Assembly (NCBI GenBank): GCA_001643675.2
Contig: LSRY02000055.1
Coordinates: 372,001-436,000, forward strand
Source of the DNA: Monocercomonoides exilis PA203
Lineage: Eukaryota; Protista; Preaxostyla
Reading direction: 5' to 3'
DNA: 64,000 bases
Below are positions 11,284 through 24,261 of this stretch, in pieces. Numbering within the stretch: the stretch's first letter is position 1; each line of letters opens with the position of its first letter. A program made the translations under genes and the position numbers. The notes beneath the pieces are model-generated. The model saw only the letters and a program-made list of their open reading frames with translations. It searched no databases and had not been told where the DNA came from.

Positions 11284-13068
11284 ATGAGAGAAGGAAAAGG
11301 AAGAATTTCAGTGAGCGAATTGCATTTCTCATATTTTTACCAATTTTTCGCTTCACCTTCCATACCTTTTGTATCCCTCTTCAAACTAATATTTTTGAAC
11401 ATCTCGACAGCATCTTCAGAATGTTCATCTCAAACAACTACGTCTACCCAAACCTCATGTCTGATGAATAGTTGCTCATTTTCATCAGTTTGCGATGCGT
11501 ATGATGGCGGGATTGTTCCTTCCCTCAACAATCCCTTTGCCTCTCTGACTGCCTCAAACACCTCATTCATTGGGTGTTGTCGGACAAGAAATGTTGTATG
11601 TGAAGGAACTTCAGAGGCACCATTGAAAACAGACAGACAAAATGAAACAGAAAATGGAGCGAATACATTTATTTGGTGTGAATGGAATGGATCGAAGACA
11701 ACGGGAACAAGCGATTCTGTTTCAGATGGAAAATCGAGTGGAGGGGCTATCTGCATGTTCAGTCAATCATCTGCCTCTGTGTCTGTTTCTCATTGCACTT
11801 TCAGCAGCTGCTATGCTCATTATGCAGGAGGCGGAATAAATTGCTACAACATTAAATCAGTTGAGATAGTGAATGACACATTTGATTCATGCACTGCGCA
11901 AAGTTATCGAGGGGGTGGAATGTTCATTTTGACGATTTCATCGTGTGTTCGGATCAGCGGATGTGAATTCCAGAATTGTGAAGCAAATAATCGCGGAGGA
12001 GGGCTTTATCTTGATAATTTTCAGGTTTCAGGAACAGGATGCATTGGAGAAGAAAAAGGAGGAGGGGAGAGTGCGTGTGTGTTTGAGTGCAGTTTCGCTT
12101 CATGCTCGCTATCTGGGAATTGTGGTGGAGGTATGTATTGTTACAATGTTCCTGCCACGCAATTCAAAATGAGGAGCATTCAATTTATTTCATGTTCAGC
12201 ATTTAGAGAGGGAGGGGGGTTATGTTTGCATCCAAATCGAGCAACAGCACCTGATAATAAACTGTACTGCTTCTTCTTATTTTTTCATGAATGCAGTTGC
12301 AGGGATGCAACTTATCCACGTGGGCATGATGCTGAATTTGCAGATACATACAATCTGTATTTAGAGTCAGGAAATCCATTCTATGAATGTTACACAACGA
12401 ATGCAGATGATAAGAGGATCTGCTTTGCATACAACTACTCGAATGCAAGTGTTTGGACATATGATCAAACAATGAAAATGGATTGGCTGAAGGACAAGAC
12501 GATCTATGTGTCAGTGAGTGGAAATGATTTGTATGAGCTGTGTGGGGCAAATACAACATTTGCATGCAAAACAGTGAAGAAAGCTTTTGAGATGTGTGAG
12601 GTGCAGATAAGCTTGGCAATCACATTGATGGAAGGGGATCACACAAGCGAGGCAACAACTATTGAGATTGGATCGAAGAAGATTTCAGTCATTGGGAAAG
12701 ACAAAGAGAAATGTTCGATTGGAACAGGAGCACTTTCATCTCCATCAGCAGCAGGAACGCTATTCAGTGTGACAACAGGTCACCTTGGTTTATTGCACAT
12801 AAAGGTTGATTGCAACTCAATTTCAATTCCTTCACCGAGTGTGGTTGTGGTGTCTGATGGGAGTGGGTCACTCTCGTTGGAGGATGTTGTGATCACCACG
12901 AGTGTTTCTTCAGGAGACTATGTGGTGTCTTCGTCAGTGTTTGTGGTGGTGCTGTCACAACTGTCGATGGTTGGTGTGGAGATCAAAGATATGAATGTTG
13001 CAAAACAATTGTTTTTTTTTTTTGGCCAGGATCAATGGACAGAATTATTGTTATTTGATCTCTTTTGA
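11284..13068 (+). pseudogene. Cassette C: beta-helix family copy with the longest 3' extent, no signal peptide
   Basis: 594-aa ORF starting at an internal family position (REGKGRISVSE). Family-like sequence ends at EIKDMNV and then runs into AT-rich DNA. It could be translated, but it looks like a fragment. Confidence 0.85.
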
Positions 13069-16000
13069 AATTTGTTTGCTTGGCATAATAATTTTTTTTT
13101 TTTTCATATGCATTTTTTAAAAAAAAAATTAATCATTATGTGATGTGATATCTTTAAATTATAATATCGTTTTGTTTTATCAAAAATTTATTGAAATGAC
13201 AACATTTTAAAAAAATATCAAATTCAATGCTTTGGATGGTGAGCGGGGATTGGAGAGAATTTTTGATTCAAGTTTCTTTCTTTCTTTCTTTCCTTTTTTC
13301 CATTCAGATTTCTTTTTTAAAATAAAAAATTGTCACAAATTTTATTCGAATTTGAAACAAACAAACAAGACTTTTGCATAATAGTAATACTTATAATTTT
13401 AATTTTGTGTTTATTCATAAAATTGTATTTTGATTTATTTCTGTTCAAATTATTGACAAAGAAAAACTTGAAAAAATACTCAAAGCTTTCTTTTCAGTGT
13501 CTTTCAAAACAATTCTCTTTTTCTGTTTATTTCAAACAACTTCATGAACTAAACATAGTTATGTTATTATTATTTTGTTTCTATTGTTTCTTTAACATTT
13601 TCTTTCTTTCTTATTTTTGTTGTTGTTGTTGTTGTTGTTTCTGTTGTTGTTGTTATTGTTATTATTGGCCTTTCTCATCTCATTGTCCAGCAAAACATAA
13701 ATAAAATAAAAGAAAGAAAGAAAGAAACAGATAAAGAAATTCGAAGAGTTTATTGTTTGTGTGTTGCCAAAAATGAATGGAGATCGATTGAATGACAATG
13801 AAATGCATCCACAATTTGTTTGATAGAAAATGATTCAATCATTAAATCTGAACCAAAAACTCTTGTGTGGTTTTGGATCACATAATTATTGTATCCCAAT
13901 AACATATTGGAATCTCAATTATTTTTGTCCCAGCACAACTTCAAACAGTGGCTTGAAAACAACAAATATAATGTTTTCAATCAAATACTTCATATTTATG
14001 TTTCAACAATCTGAATATTTTTTATTTTTTATTTTAATTTTTTTTTTTTTCTCAGAAAGATAATTTCAATTTGGATATTAAAAATAATGACAGAACACGT
14101 TTTTTAAAGAAAAATAAAAATAAAAATAAAACTGATTCACTGAAGAGAGTTTTGCCACATTTTCTGAGAATGTTTGTTGTTGTGACGTATTCTCACAGAC
14201 TTCCAAATCATATGGGGAAAAATAAAAACTATAAAAAGTATTTTATGCACAAAGCCCAATAATGTTGTTCAACTCATGACTTTTCTTAACTTTCTCAAAT
14301 TTCTAAAGAAATAGGATTTTCATATCGATAAACAGGTATCATCGATATCACAACATAATGTTTTGTGATCTCACACGCATTTCTTAAAAAAATATCCAAT
14401 TTTATTTGTATTTTTTCATCACAATAAGTTCTTCAGCAGTTCATAATTTTTCAATGAAAATATTTGAACTGTGACATATTGTCTCATATAATGATTTAAA
14501 ACTCACAAAAAAATATACAGAAAATTTGAAACAGAAGAAATGAAACATCCAAATTCATCAACAATTAATCTTGTTGAAGTTATCAGAAAGAAAATCGAAG
14601 AATTATGTTTCATTTCAAAGTGAAGCAGAAACAGAAAATAATTAATAACGAAAAAATTGTCAATAAAAAAATGTTTCTTCAGATTTGTGACAATCAATAA
14701 AATATTCATTTGAATTCTGAAGATTTTTCAGAAATTCAAAATCTATTTAATGTTGAATTTTTGTTTCCAGCAACTTTTTTCTGTTTCTGCTTCACTTTGA
14801 AATGAAACATAATTCTTCGATTTTCTTTCTGATAACTTCAACAAGATTAATTGTTGATGAATTTGGATGTTTCATTTCTTCTGTTTCAAATTTTCTGTAT
14901 ATTTTTTTGTGAGTTTTAAATCATTATATGAGACAATATGTCACAGTTCAAATATTTTCATTGAAAAATTATGAACTGCTGAAGAACTTATTGTGATGAA
15001 AAAATACAAATAAAATTGGATATTTTTTTAAGAAATGCGTGTGAGATCACAAAACATTATGTTGTGATATCGATGATACCTGTTTATCGATATGAAAATC
15101 CTATTTCTTTAGAAATTTGAGAAAGTTAAGAAAAGTCATGAGTTGAACAACATTATTGGGCTTTGTGCATAAAATACTTTTTATAGTTTTTATTTTTCCC
15201 CATATGATTTGGAAGTCTGTGAGAATACGTCACAACAACAAACATTCTCAGAAAATGTGGCAAAACTCTCTTCAGTGAATCAGTTTTATTTTTATTTTTA
15301 TTTTTCTTTAAAAAACGTGTTCTGTCATTATTTTTAATATCCAAATTGAAATTATCTTTCTGAGAAAAAAAAAAAAAATTAAAATAAAAAATAAAAAATA
15401 TTCAGATTGTTGAAACATAAATATGAAGTATTTGATTGAAAACATTATATTTGTTGTTTTCAAGCCACTGTTTGAAGTTGTGCTGGGACAAAAATAATTG
15501 AGATTCCAATATGTTATTGGGATACAATAATTATGTGATCCAAAACCACACAAGAGTTTTTGGTTCAGATTTAATGATTGAATCATTTTCTATCAAACAA
15601 ATTGTGGATGCATTTCATTGTCATTCAATCGATCTCCATTCATTTTTGGCAACACACAAACAATAAACTCTTCGAATTTCTTTATCTGTTTCTTTCTTTC
15701 TTTCTTTTATTTTATTTATGTTTTGCTGGACAATGAGATGAGAAAGGCCAATAATAACAATAACAACAACAACAGAAACAACAACAACAACAACAACAAA
15801 AATAAGAAAGAAAGAAAATGTTAAAGAAACAATAGAAACAAAATAATAATAACATAACTATGTTTAGTTCATGAAGTTGTTTGAAATAAACAGAAAAAGA
15901 GAATTGTTTTGAAAGACACTGAAAAGAAAGCTTTGAGTATTTTTTCAAGTTTTTCTTTGTCAATAATTTGAACAGAAATAAATCAAAATACAATTTTATG

Positions 16001-16343
16001 AATAAACACAAAATTAAAATTATAAGTATTACTATTATGCAAAAGTCTTGTTTGTTTGTTTCAAATTCGAATAAAATTTGTGACAATTTTTTATTTTAAA
16101 AAAGAAATCTGAATGGAAAAAAGGAAAGAAAGAAAGAAAGAAACTTGAATCAAAAATTCTCTCCAATCCCCGCTCACCATCCAAAGCATTGAATTTGATA
16201 TTTTTTTAAAATGTTGTCATTTCAATAAATTTTTGATAAAACAAAACGATATTATAATTTAAAGATATCACATCACATAATGATTAATTTTTTTTTAAAA
16301 ATGCATATGAAAAAAAAAAATTATTATGCCAAGCAAACAAATT

Positions 16344-18128
16344 TCAAAAGAGATCAAATAACAATAATTCTGTCCATTGATCCTGGCCAAAAAAAAAAAA
16401 CAATTGTTTTGCAACATTCATATCTTTGATCTCCACACCAACCATCGACAGTTGTGACAGCACCACCACAAACACTGACGAAGACACCACATAGTCTCCT
16501 GAAGAAACACTCGTGGTGATCACAACATCCTCCAACGAGAGTGACCCACTCCCATCAGACACCACAACCACACTCGGTGAAGGAATTGAAATTGAGTTGC
16601 AATCAACCTTTATGTGCAATAAACCAAGGTGACCTGTTGTCACACTGAATAGCGTTCCTGCTGCTGATGGAGATGAAAGTGCTCCTGTTCCAATCGAACA
16701 TTTCTCTTTGTCTTTCCCAATGACTGAAATCTTCTTCGATCCAATCTCAATAGTTGTTGCCTCGCTTGTGTGATCCCCTTCCATCAATGTGATTGCCAAG
16801 CTTATCTGCACCTCACACATCTCAAAAGCTTTCTTCACTGTTTTGCATGCAAATGTTGTATTTGCCCCACACAGCTCATACAAATCATTTCCACTCACTG
16901 ACACATAGATCGTCTTGTCCTTCAGCCAATCCATTTTCATTGTTTGATCATATGTCCAAACACTTGCATTCGAGTAGTTGTATGCAAAGCAGATCCTCTT
17001 ATCATCTGCATTCGTTGTGTAACATTCATAGAATGGATTTCCTGACTCTAAATACAGATTGTATGTATCTGCAAATTCAGCATCATGCCCACGTGGATAA
17101 GTTGCATCCCTGCAACTGCATTCATGAAAAAATAAGAAGAAGCAGTACAGTTTATTATCAGGTGCTGTTGCTCGATTTGGATGCAAACATAACCCCCCTC
17201 CCTCTCTAAATGCTGAACATGAAATAAATTGAATGCTCCTCATTTTGAATTGCGTGGCAGGAACATTGTAACAATACATACCTCCACCACAATTCCCAGA
17301 TAGCGAGCATGAAGCGAAACTGCACTCAAACACACACGCACTCTCCCCTCCTCCTTTTTCTTCTCCAATGCATCCTGTTCCTGAAACCTGAAAATTATCA
17401 AGATAAAGCCCTCCTCCGCGATTATTTGCTTCACAATTCTGGAATTCACATCCGCTGATCCGAACACACGATGAAATCGTCAAAATGAACATTCCACCCC
17501 CTCGATAACTTTGCGCAGTGCATGAATCAAATGTGTCATTCACTATCTCAACTGATTTAATGTTGTAGCAATTTATTCCGCCTCCTGCATAATGAGCATA
17601 GCAGCTGCTGAAAGTGCAATGAGAAACAGACACAGAGGCAGATGATTGACTGAACATGCAGATAGCCCCTCCACTCGATTTTCCATCTGAAACAGAATCG
17701 CTTGTTCCCGTTGTCTTCGATCCATTCCATTCACACCAAATAAATGTATTCGCTCCATTTTCTGTTTCATTTTGTCTGTCTGTTTTCAATGGTGCCTCTG
17801 AAGTTCCTTCACATACAACATTTCTTGTCCGACAACACCCAATGAATGAGGTGTTTGAGGCAGTCAGAGAGGCAAAGGGATTGTTGAGGGAAGGAACAAT
17901 CCCGCCATCATACGCATCGCAAACTGATGAAAATGAGCAACTATTCATCAGACATGAGGTTTGGGTAGACGTAGTTGTTTGAGATGAACATTCTGAAGAT
18001 GCTGTCGAGATGTTCAAAAATATTAGTTTGAAGAGGGATACAAAAGGTATGGAAGGTGAAGCGAAAAATTGGTAAAAATATGAGAAATGCAATTCGCTCA
18101 CTGAAATTCTTCCTTTTCCTTCTCTCAT
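16344..18128 (-). pseudogene. Cassette C': mirror copy of C
   Basis: The translation is identical to that of 11284-13068. Confidence 0.85.
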
Positions 18129-19197
18129 TTGCTATATGTCTGCATTCTTTACAACAAGCATACTATGACTCTCATTGTGAATTTAGAATAGATCCCGCTA
18201 TATCTGTGCCTTTTTTCCTAACTCTTCTGCTGCGCATAAAAAGAATCTCACACATACTGCAAAAAATAATTAAAAAATATGAGCAACAGAAAAATTAAAA
18301 AAATTAAAAAAAAATTAAAAAAAAATAAAAAAATATGAGCAACAGAAAAAATTAAAAAATTACAATAACTGTTAAAATACGAAATTTAAAAAAATAAAAT
18401 TAATTAATATAAATCTCAATAAAACTGTACCATTTTTTTCGTATTCTTTCAATTCATTCTTCATCAAATAATTTTTCATCCTTCATCCAACAATCCCTTG
18501 CTCACATCATTTCCTCTACTATATGCATAACAATATTCAGCCCCATTCAATGGTATTCTGGGCTGCAAATAAAGGATCAGTTGTTTGAACAATTTAACAG
18601 ATGCCTGGATTCTGAAAAGGTGATTGATGAAGAAATCTTAAAAACAAATTTCAATGATGAATATACATACGTCCAGTTATTAGAATTCAAAATTTAAATT
18701 GTTGCATTTCCTTGAATGCCCAAATTACAAATATTGTTATTCAAAACTTCAAATTCGTTGAACTGTTGTTGCTGCCTCGTGTCGCCACAGAACATAAAAA
18801 TTTTTATTCTGCAACAATATTTTGTTTAGCGATCCCTCATTTGGCGGATGGATAATTTTGTTCTTTCAAGCTCAACGATCTGAATATCCATAATAGCCAG
18901 CATGAAAATATTGAACATTGTTTCTCTTCATTGTTCCTTGGCGAACATGCAAATATTAGATAGAATGGTGTGACCTCCGATATTTATTTATTTATTTTTT
19001 TGATAGTTTTAAATTTTTTTTTCACCTGTTTCTTCTTTCCAAACATATGCAAATTTAATATAAATGATAAAAATTTTGTTGTTTTTTTGAATGCAACGTG
19101 CTTTCGAAAATGTTGGAGATGGGCAACACAAAAAAGTTCACAGGCTTGCATTCATTGTTGCATTAGAATTCTTGTCTATTGCATTTCTTTCTTTTTT

Positions 19198-20455
19198 TCA
19201 TTGAAGAATTGTTTTCTGGGCTTGGATGCTGGAATAAGGAAGAGCAGAAGCAAAAAATTAAGTGGAGAATGAAGCGATGAACGAGATGGATAAAGAAGAA
19301 TTGAAATCTATTTTCACGAAAGAACTGTTTGATAATATGAACAAAATGGTTGAAGAAAAGAAACAGTCGATAGAGAATGCATATGTCTTGTCGAAGCACA
19401 TTGAATGCTGCAAAGAGCTGGAAAATGCATGGAATCAATGCATTGAAAAATCTTTGGTGAACAAAAAGAATGAAAGGATGATTGTTTGTGAAAATGAGAA
19501 GAAAGATACAAAGAAAGAAAATAGTCTTGTTTGTCTTTGTGAATGCTATCTTTTGCTTAACAACCAATTTTTTTTTTTTCAAAGTTGTTCCCAATCTGCG
19601 TGACTTGTCTTCTAAAAGTCTTGTTGAAGAAAGAGGAAAGAGGAAAGTGAGGAAGTTGAAAAAAGAAGAAGAGATGGATTTGTTGGTGTTGAGCAAAATA
19701 TGAGAATTTGATATTTGAGAACCGCCAACTTCATTTTTGCTGTTTTTGAATAACACCCTCATTTTTGATAAGAAATTGAACAAAGAGAAGCTTTGGGAGG
19801 AGATGGAAGATATCATCTTTCATCGCCATGGGGAGCCTCAATGAGGCGCAGCTTGAATATCGGTGTGCAAAGATGTTTTTGATGGGCAGGGTCCTCTGTG
19901 AAGGAGGCTTGGAAGAACTTGTCTCCAACGAGATGCATTTTGGGGGAGAGGGCACAAAGGAACTGGAAGAGCGGACAGGACGCGTGGATTGGAAGAGGAA
20001 GGGAAAAGCGAAAGGGGGAAAAGAAGACAAGATTATCATCGAGATGGCTCGTTGCTTAGAAGCCTGATGTCCGCTAATGTTGTGAGAAGAATGAAGAATT
20101 TGGAGTGGCTATGGGCATCATTGCGAGAGTGTTGAGGGAAGCGAAGGGTGATGATGGAGAAATCAGCAAGCAATGGATGAATATTCTCCAAGGCGCAGTG
20201 GATAACCAAGATGTGAAAGCTGAAGGCTTGTCAGAAAGCAGAGCAGCCGATGCAGTTTTTGAGAACGATCTGATCAGATGGAGCAAAAGCGTGACTTGCG
20301 GATGAATTGAAGCTTCTGAGAAATCTTTGTGAAAAGCTGAAAGAAAAGACGGAGAGTGAAAGCCTCAACGCAAAACGAAAAGAGAGGAAAAGAAAGTTAT
20401 TGGAAAAGATGGAAGAAGAAGAGAACGAAGGCTGCATTGTTGCGTCAGGCTGTTG
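19198..20455 (+). pseudogene. Mirror copy of the decayed ARM-like family pseudogene
   Basis: Reverse complement of ~8950-10207 with a few clustered SNPs. Confidence 0.65.
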
Positions 20456-21331
20456 CTTTGCGAATGGATCGTTTTTCTTTTCTTTTCTTTTCTTTTCTTT
20501 TCTTCTTGTTTTCTCTTTCAAAGCACTGATCATTGTTTTGTTTATTGCTGGGAAAATATTATTCTTATTCTTATTATTCTTATTATTATTATTTTGTTTG
20601 CAAAATTTCACTTCATTTGCCTTTGAGCAGAACATTCGTTTGCCTGAATTGTGAAGGTATTCTTTCTTTTCAGTTGGGAAAACAAATGGAAGAGCTCTTT
20701 CAAACAAACTCAAGATAATGAAACCTCAAGGAAAGGCATCGGCGGAAAAGCACTTGCGATGCTTTCTCTTTCTCTTGACCAGCATGCCTCGCAAAATGAA
20801 GTGAATATATTTATTAAAAAAATGAAAATAGAAAATGAATCACTCAAAAAAAAAAAATACAAAAATAAAAAAAAAAAAACAAAAAAATGAGGAAAAACAC
20901 ATGAGATCAATGAAAGTGTAAAAGGCAATTTCAGATTGTTCTGTTTCATTTTATTCATCAACAGAAGGCAATTTTTTTGGTTGAATAACAACATGTCAGG
21001 CAAGCACATCATCCTTCAGCGTGCTTTTCCAAATGGAAAACTCAGAAAAGCAGGTGCTGAATTCGACATATTTCACATCAACACTTTGCCAGAACGGATC
21101 ATCAAATAAAATGACAATCCGACAAGCCATCAGAAAAAAATCATTTCAAATAAGATTCTTCTGCTTGTCTCTGATCATTCTTGCACTTTATTATCTCTTG
21201 CATTTTTGTCAGAACTCGTTCTCCCACCACACTCCATTCCTCTTTTCTTTCAGCCTTGCATCTGCTATTTCTTCTTTTTGACTTTCTTCTTCTTCTTCTT
21301 CTTCTTCTTCCATTCTTCAATCTCATTCTTT

Positions 21332-22696
21332 TCAGATATATTCAACAAAGCGCTCCCTTCCTTTCCCAACAACAATAATCTTCTTTTCTCCAATCTCAAT
21401 TGTTGTTGTCTCGCTTGTGTGATACCCTTCCATCAGTGTGACTGACAGACTCACCTGGATCACGCTCCGAATGACTGCAACGCCAATGGTTCTGCATGCA
21501 CTTGACTCATCCAATCCGCACAACTCTTCTTCGCCACCACCACTCACTGCCACAAATCTGTTGAGAATCCCTCTCTTCAGCCAATCCTTTTTCATTGTTT
21601 GGTCATATGTCCAACTACTTCCCGTATAATCATATCCATAACATACTCTCTTCTCATCTGTGTTTGTGGTGTAGCATTCATAGAACGGATTGTTTGAAGA
21701 TAAATAAAAATTGTAGCGATCATAATACATCACATCATGCCCATAAGGAGGATTGGCTGAGCATTTGCATTCATGGAAGAACAAAAAATAACAATAAATT
21801 TTATCATTTGGCGCTGTTGCTTGATTCGGATAAAAATACAATCCTCCTCCAGTCGACACAGCCGAACATGAAATAAACTGAATGCTCCTCATTTTGAATG
21901 CTGCAGGAACAGTCACACAATACATGCCTCCACCCCAATTATTTGCAAGAGAGCACGAAGTGAAACTGCAGTCAAACACACACGAGCTCCCTCCTTCTCC
22001 GTCTTCTTCCCCAATGCATCCAGATCCTGAAACCTGAAAATTGTCCAATCTCAACCCTCCACCATCGTGGTGTGCCTTACAATTCTGGAAGTCACATCCG
22101 CCGATCCGAACGCATGTTGAAATCGAATAAACATACACCCCTCCTCCAACCCAAGTTTGCGCAGTGCATGAATCAAATGTGTTGTTCACAATTTCAACCG
22201 ATTTTATTGTATGGCACATGATCCCACCACCAATGTAATGAGCGTAGCAATCATTGAATGAACAATGAGATACAGAAAGTTCTCCAGAATTGAGATTGTA
22301 CATGCAGATGGCCCCTCCACTCGATTTTCCATCTGAAACAGAATCATTTTCTCCTGTTGTTCTCGAGCCGTTCCACTCGCACCAAGTGAATGAATTTGCT
22401 CCATTTTCTGTTTCATTTTGTCTCCCTGGAGTCAACTTTCTGTCTGAAGTTCCAATATATTCAACATTTCTTGTCCGATAACATCCCACAAACGAGGTGT
22501 TTGAGGCAGTCAGAGAAACCAAGGGGTTGTTGAGGGAAGGGACAATTCCGCCATCATATGGATCATTAACAAACGAGAATGAGCAGCTGTTCATAAAACA
22601 TGATGTTTGGAGAAATGTAGTTGTTACAGGCGAACATGCCTCATTTACTGTTGATATGTTGAAAAATGTGAGTTGTGAGAAGGAAACAAGGAGCAT
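21332..22696 (-). pseudogene. Cassette B': mirror of B with a different N-terminal half
   Basis: 454-aa ORF. Nearly identical to B from CDFQNCKAHHD to YYDRYN, divergent before that, and with the same 3' break point as B. Confidence 0.85.
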
Positions 22697-24261
22697 CGAG
22701 GGAGTTGAAAGGAATAGGGCTTGATTCTCTCACTGAAATACTCTTCCTTTCCCTCTCTCATTTTCCATAAGCCTACCATGCCTCTCAACGAGATATTCAT
22801 CAAAATCCAAATGAGCTTGAGCTCCCTTTTCCTGCCTCTTCTCCTGCTTCTGAAATGCATATCCCCAAAAGAAAAGTATCTTTTTCCTTCAGTGCCTCCA
22901 AATTGAAACAAGAACATAACCTTCTTCGTCATTTGCTTTCCCTAAAATCTCTTTTTTCTTCTGTTGTCGTCTTCTGCCTTTTTTCAACATTCCATTTGCA
23001 TCCATTGCTCTTGACGACTCATGCAAATGCACTTTTGCCATTTAAAAAATAACAGTAAAAATTCTGAAAAAAAAAATAATAAACTGAAGAAATATTAAAT
23101 AAAATATGGAAAAAAAAAAAAGAAAATTGAAAGAATATTTGAAAATAAATTTGAGATAAAATATCAAAAAATATGACTTTTGAGATATAATCCTTATACC
23201 TTTTTCTTCTCGAAACCTTCCGCTTCATTTTCCGCTTCTTCACTTCCCTTCTCTTCTCCTCATTCTCTTCTCCTTCTCTTGTTCCCTCGTTTCTCTCATC
23301 TCAGTCTCATAACCCTTCTTCTCTTCCTTGATTCATTCAATCCATGTCTTCCGTCTCTCTCTTCTGCCTTCCTCTCAAATAAAACAAGGCACTTCCATCC
23401 CTCCTTTCCTCACCTTCTCCAACCATGCAACTCACACAAAAAAGAGCACTCATCCCGCCATTCCCTCTGCCTCGAGCACAATCAACACAAAACGCGGAAA
23501 AATAGCATGCCTTGAGTGCTGTGTGCTGCTCCATAGCCGTTGCGCTGCTTCGCTCATCCCCAGCACTTCAAGCGCACATCCCATTTTCTGTCATGGCAAT
23601 ATCAGGAACGTCAGGGACATGTCCGTCCTTTTATCCCTTGGCTCTCCTCACACACATTGCATGTGCTTGCCTCAATTCATCCCTCGTTGCTGCCAATGCT
23701 CGTCTGCTTCAAAAATGACAAAAACGAAGAAGAAGAAGAAGAAGAAGAAGAAAGACTTATCCGCCTGTTGCAGTTGGCGGCAGATATGACAAAGTCGCTT
23801 TGTTGCCATCGCCCGCAACAACTGTAGCAAAACAGCCCAACCCCAAATTAGCAGCCGAACAGAGCCTCAAAAAATACTGAACTTTGCCAGCAGAAGTCGA
23901 AATACTGTTGATGGAGACGGGAAGAAGATGATTCCCAACTCAAATTGCTGTATAACTGCCCATGGCAACGAAACGCCAAGCTTTCCACTCGCCCTTGTAG
24001 CAGCTCGGTGAAGGTTGAAGAACGGTAACAGCTGCAGGGTGCTTCACTTGTCTTGCCATTCTTGCAGGAACACAGGCCGAGACTGATGCTTTTGTCACAC
24101 ATTATTCTTTTTCATTTAAGCACGAATTTTTGGGAAGTCTTGCTTCTCTGCACATATTCCACAAAACATACATGCATCTTTCCAACGGCAGCAGCAGCTG
24201 TTTTACTCCCATTGATGTCCCTGACCTCCACTCTCATTGCTTTGTTATATTTCCATTCCTT

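Noticed and set aside
13890-13960. HIGISIIFV peptide resembling a viral packaging-ATPase motif, and SYDFKN / GGFTHHR peptides resembling protein-primed PolB in the P1 and P3 cores
   Set aside because: The matches are too short and lack supporting motifs, so they cannot be distinguished from chance.
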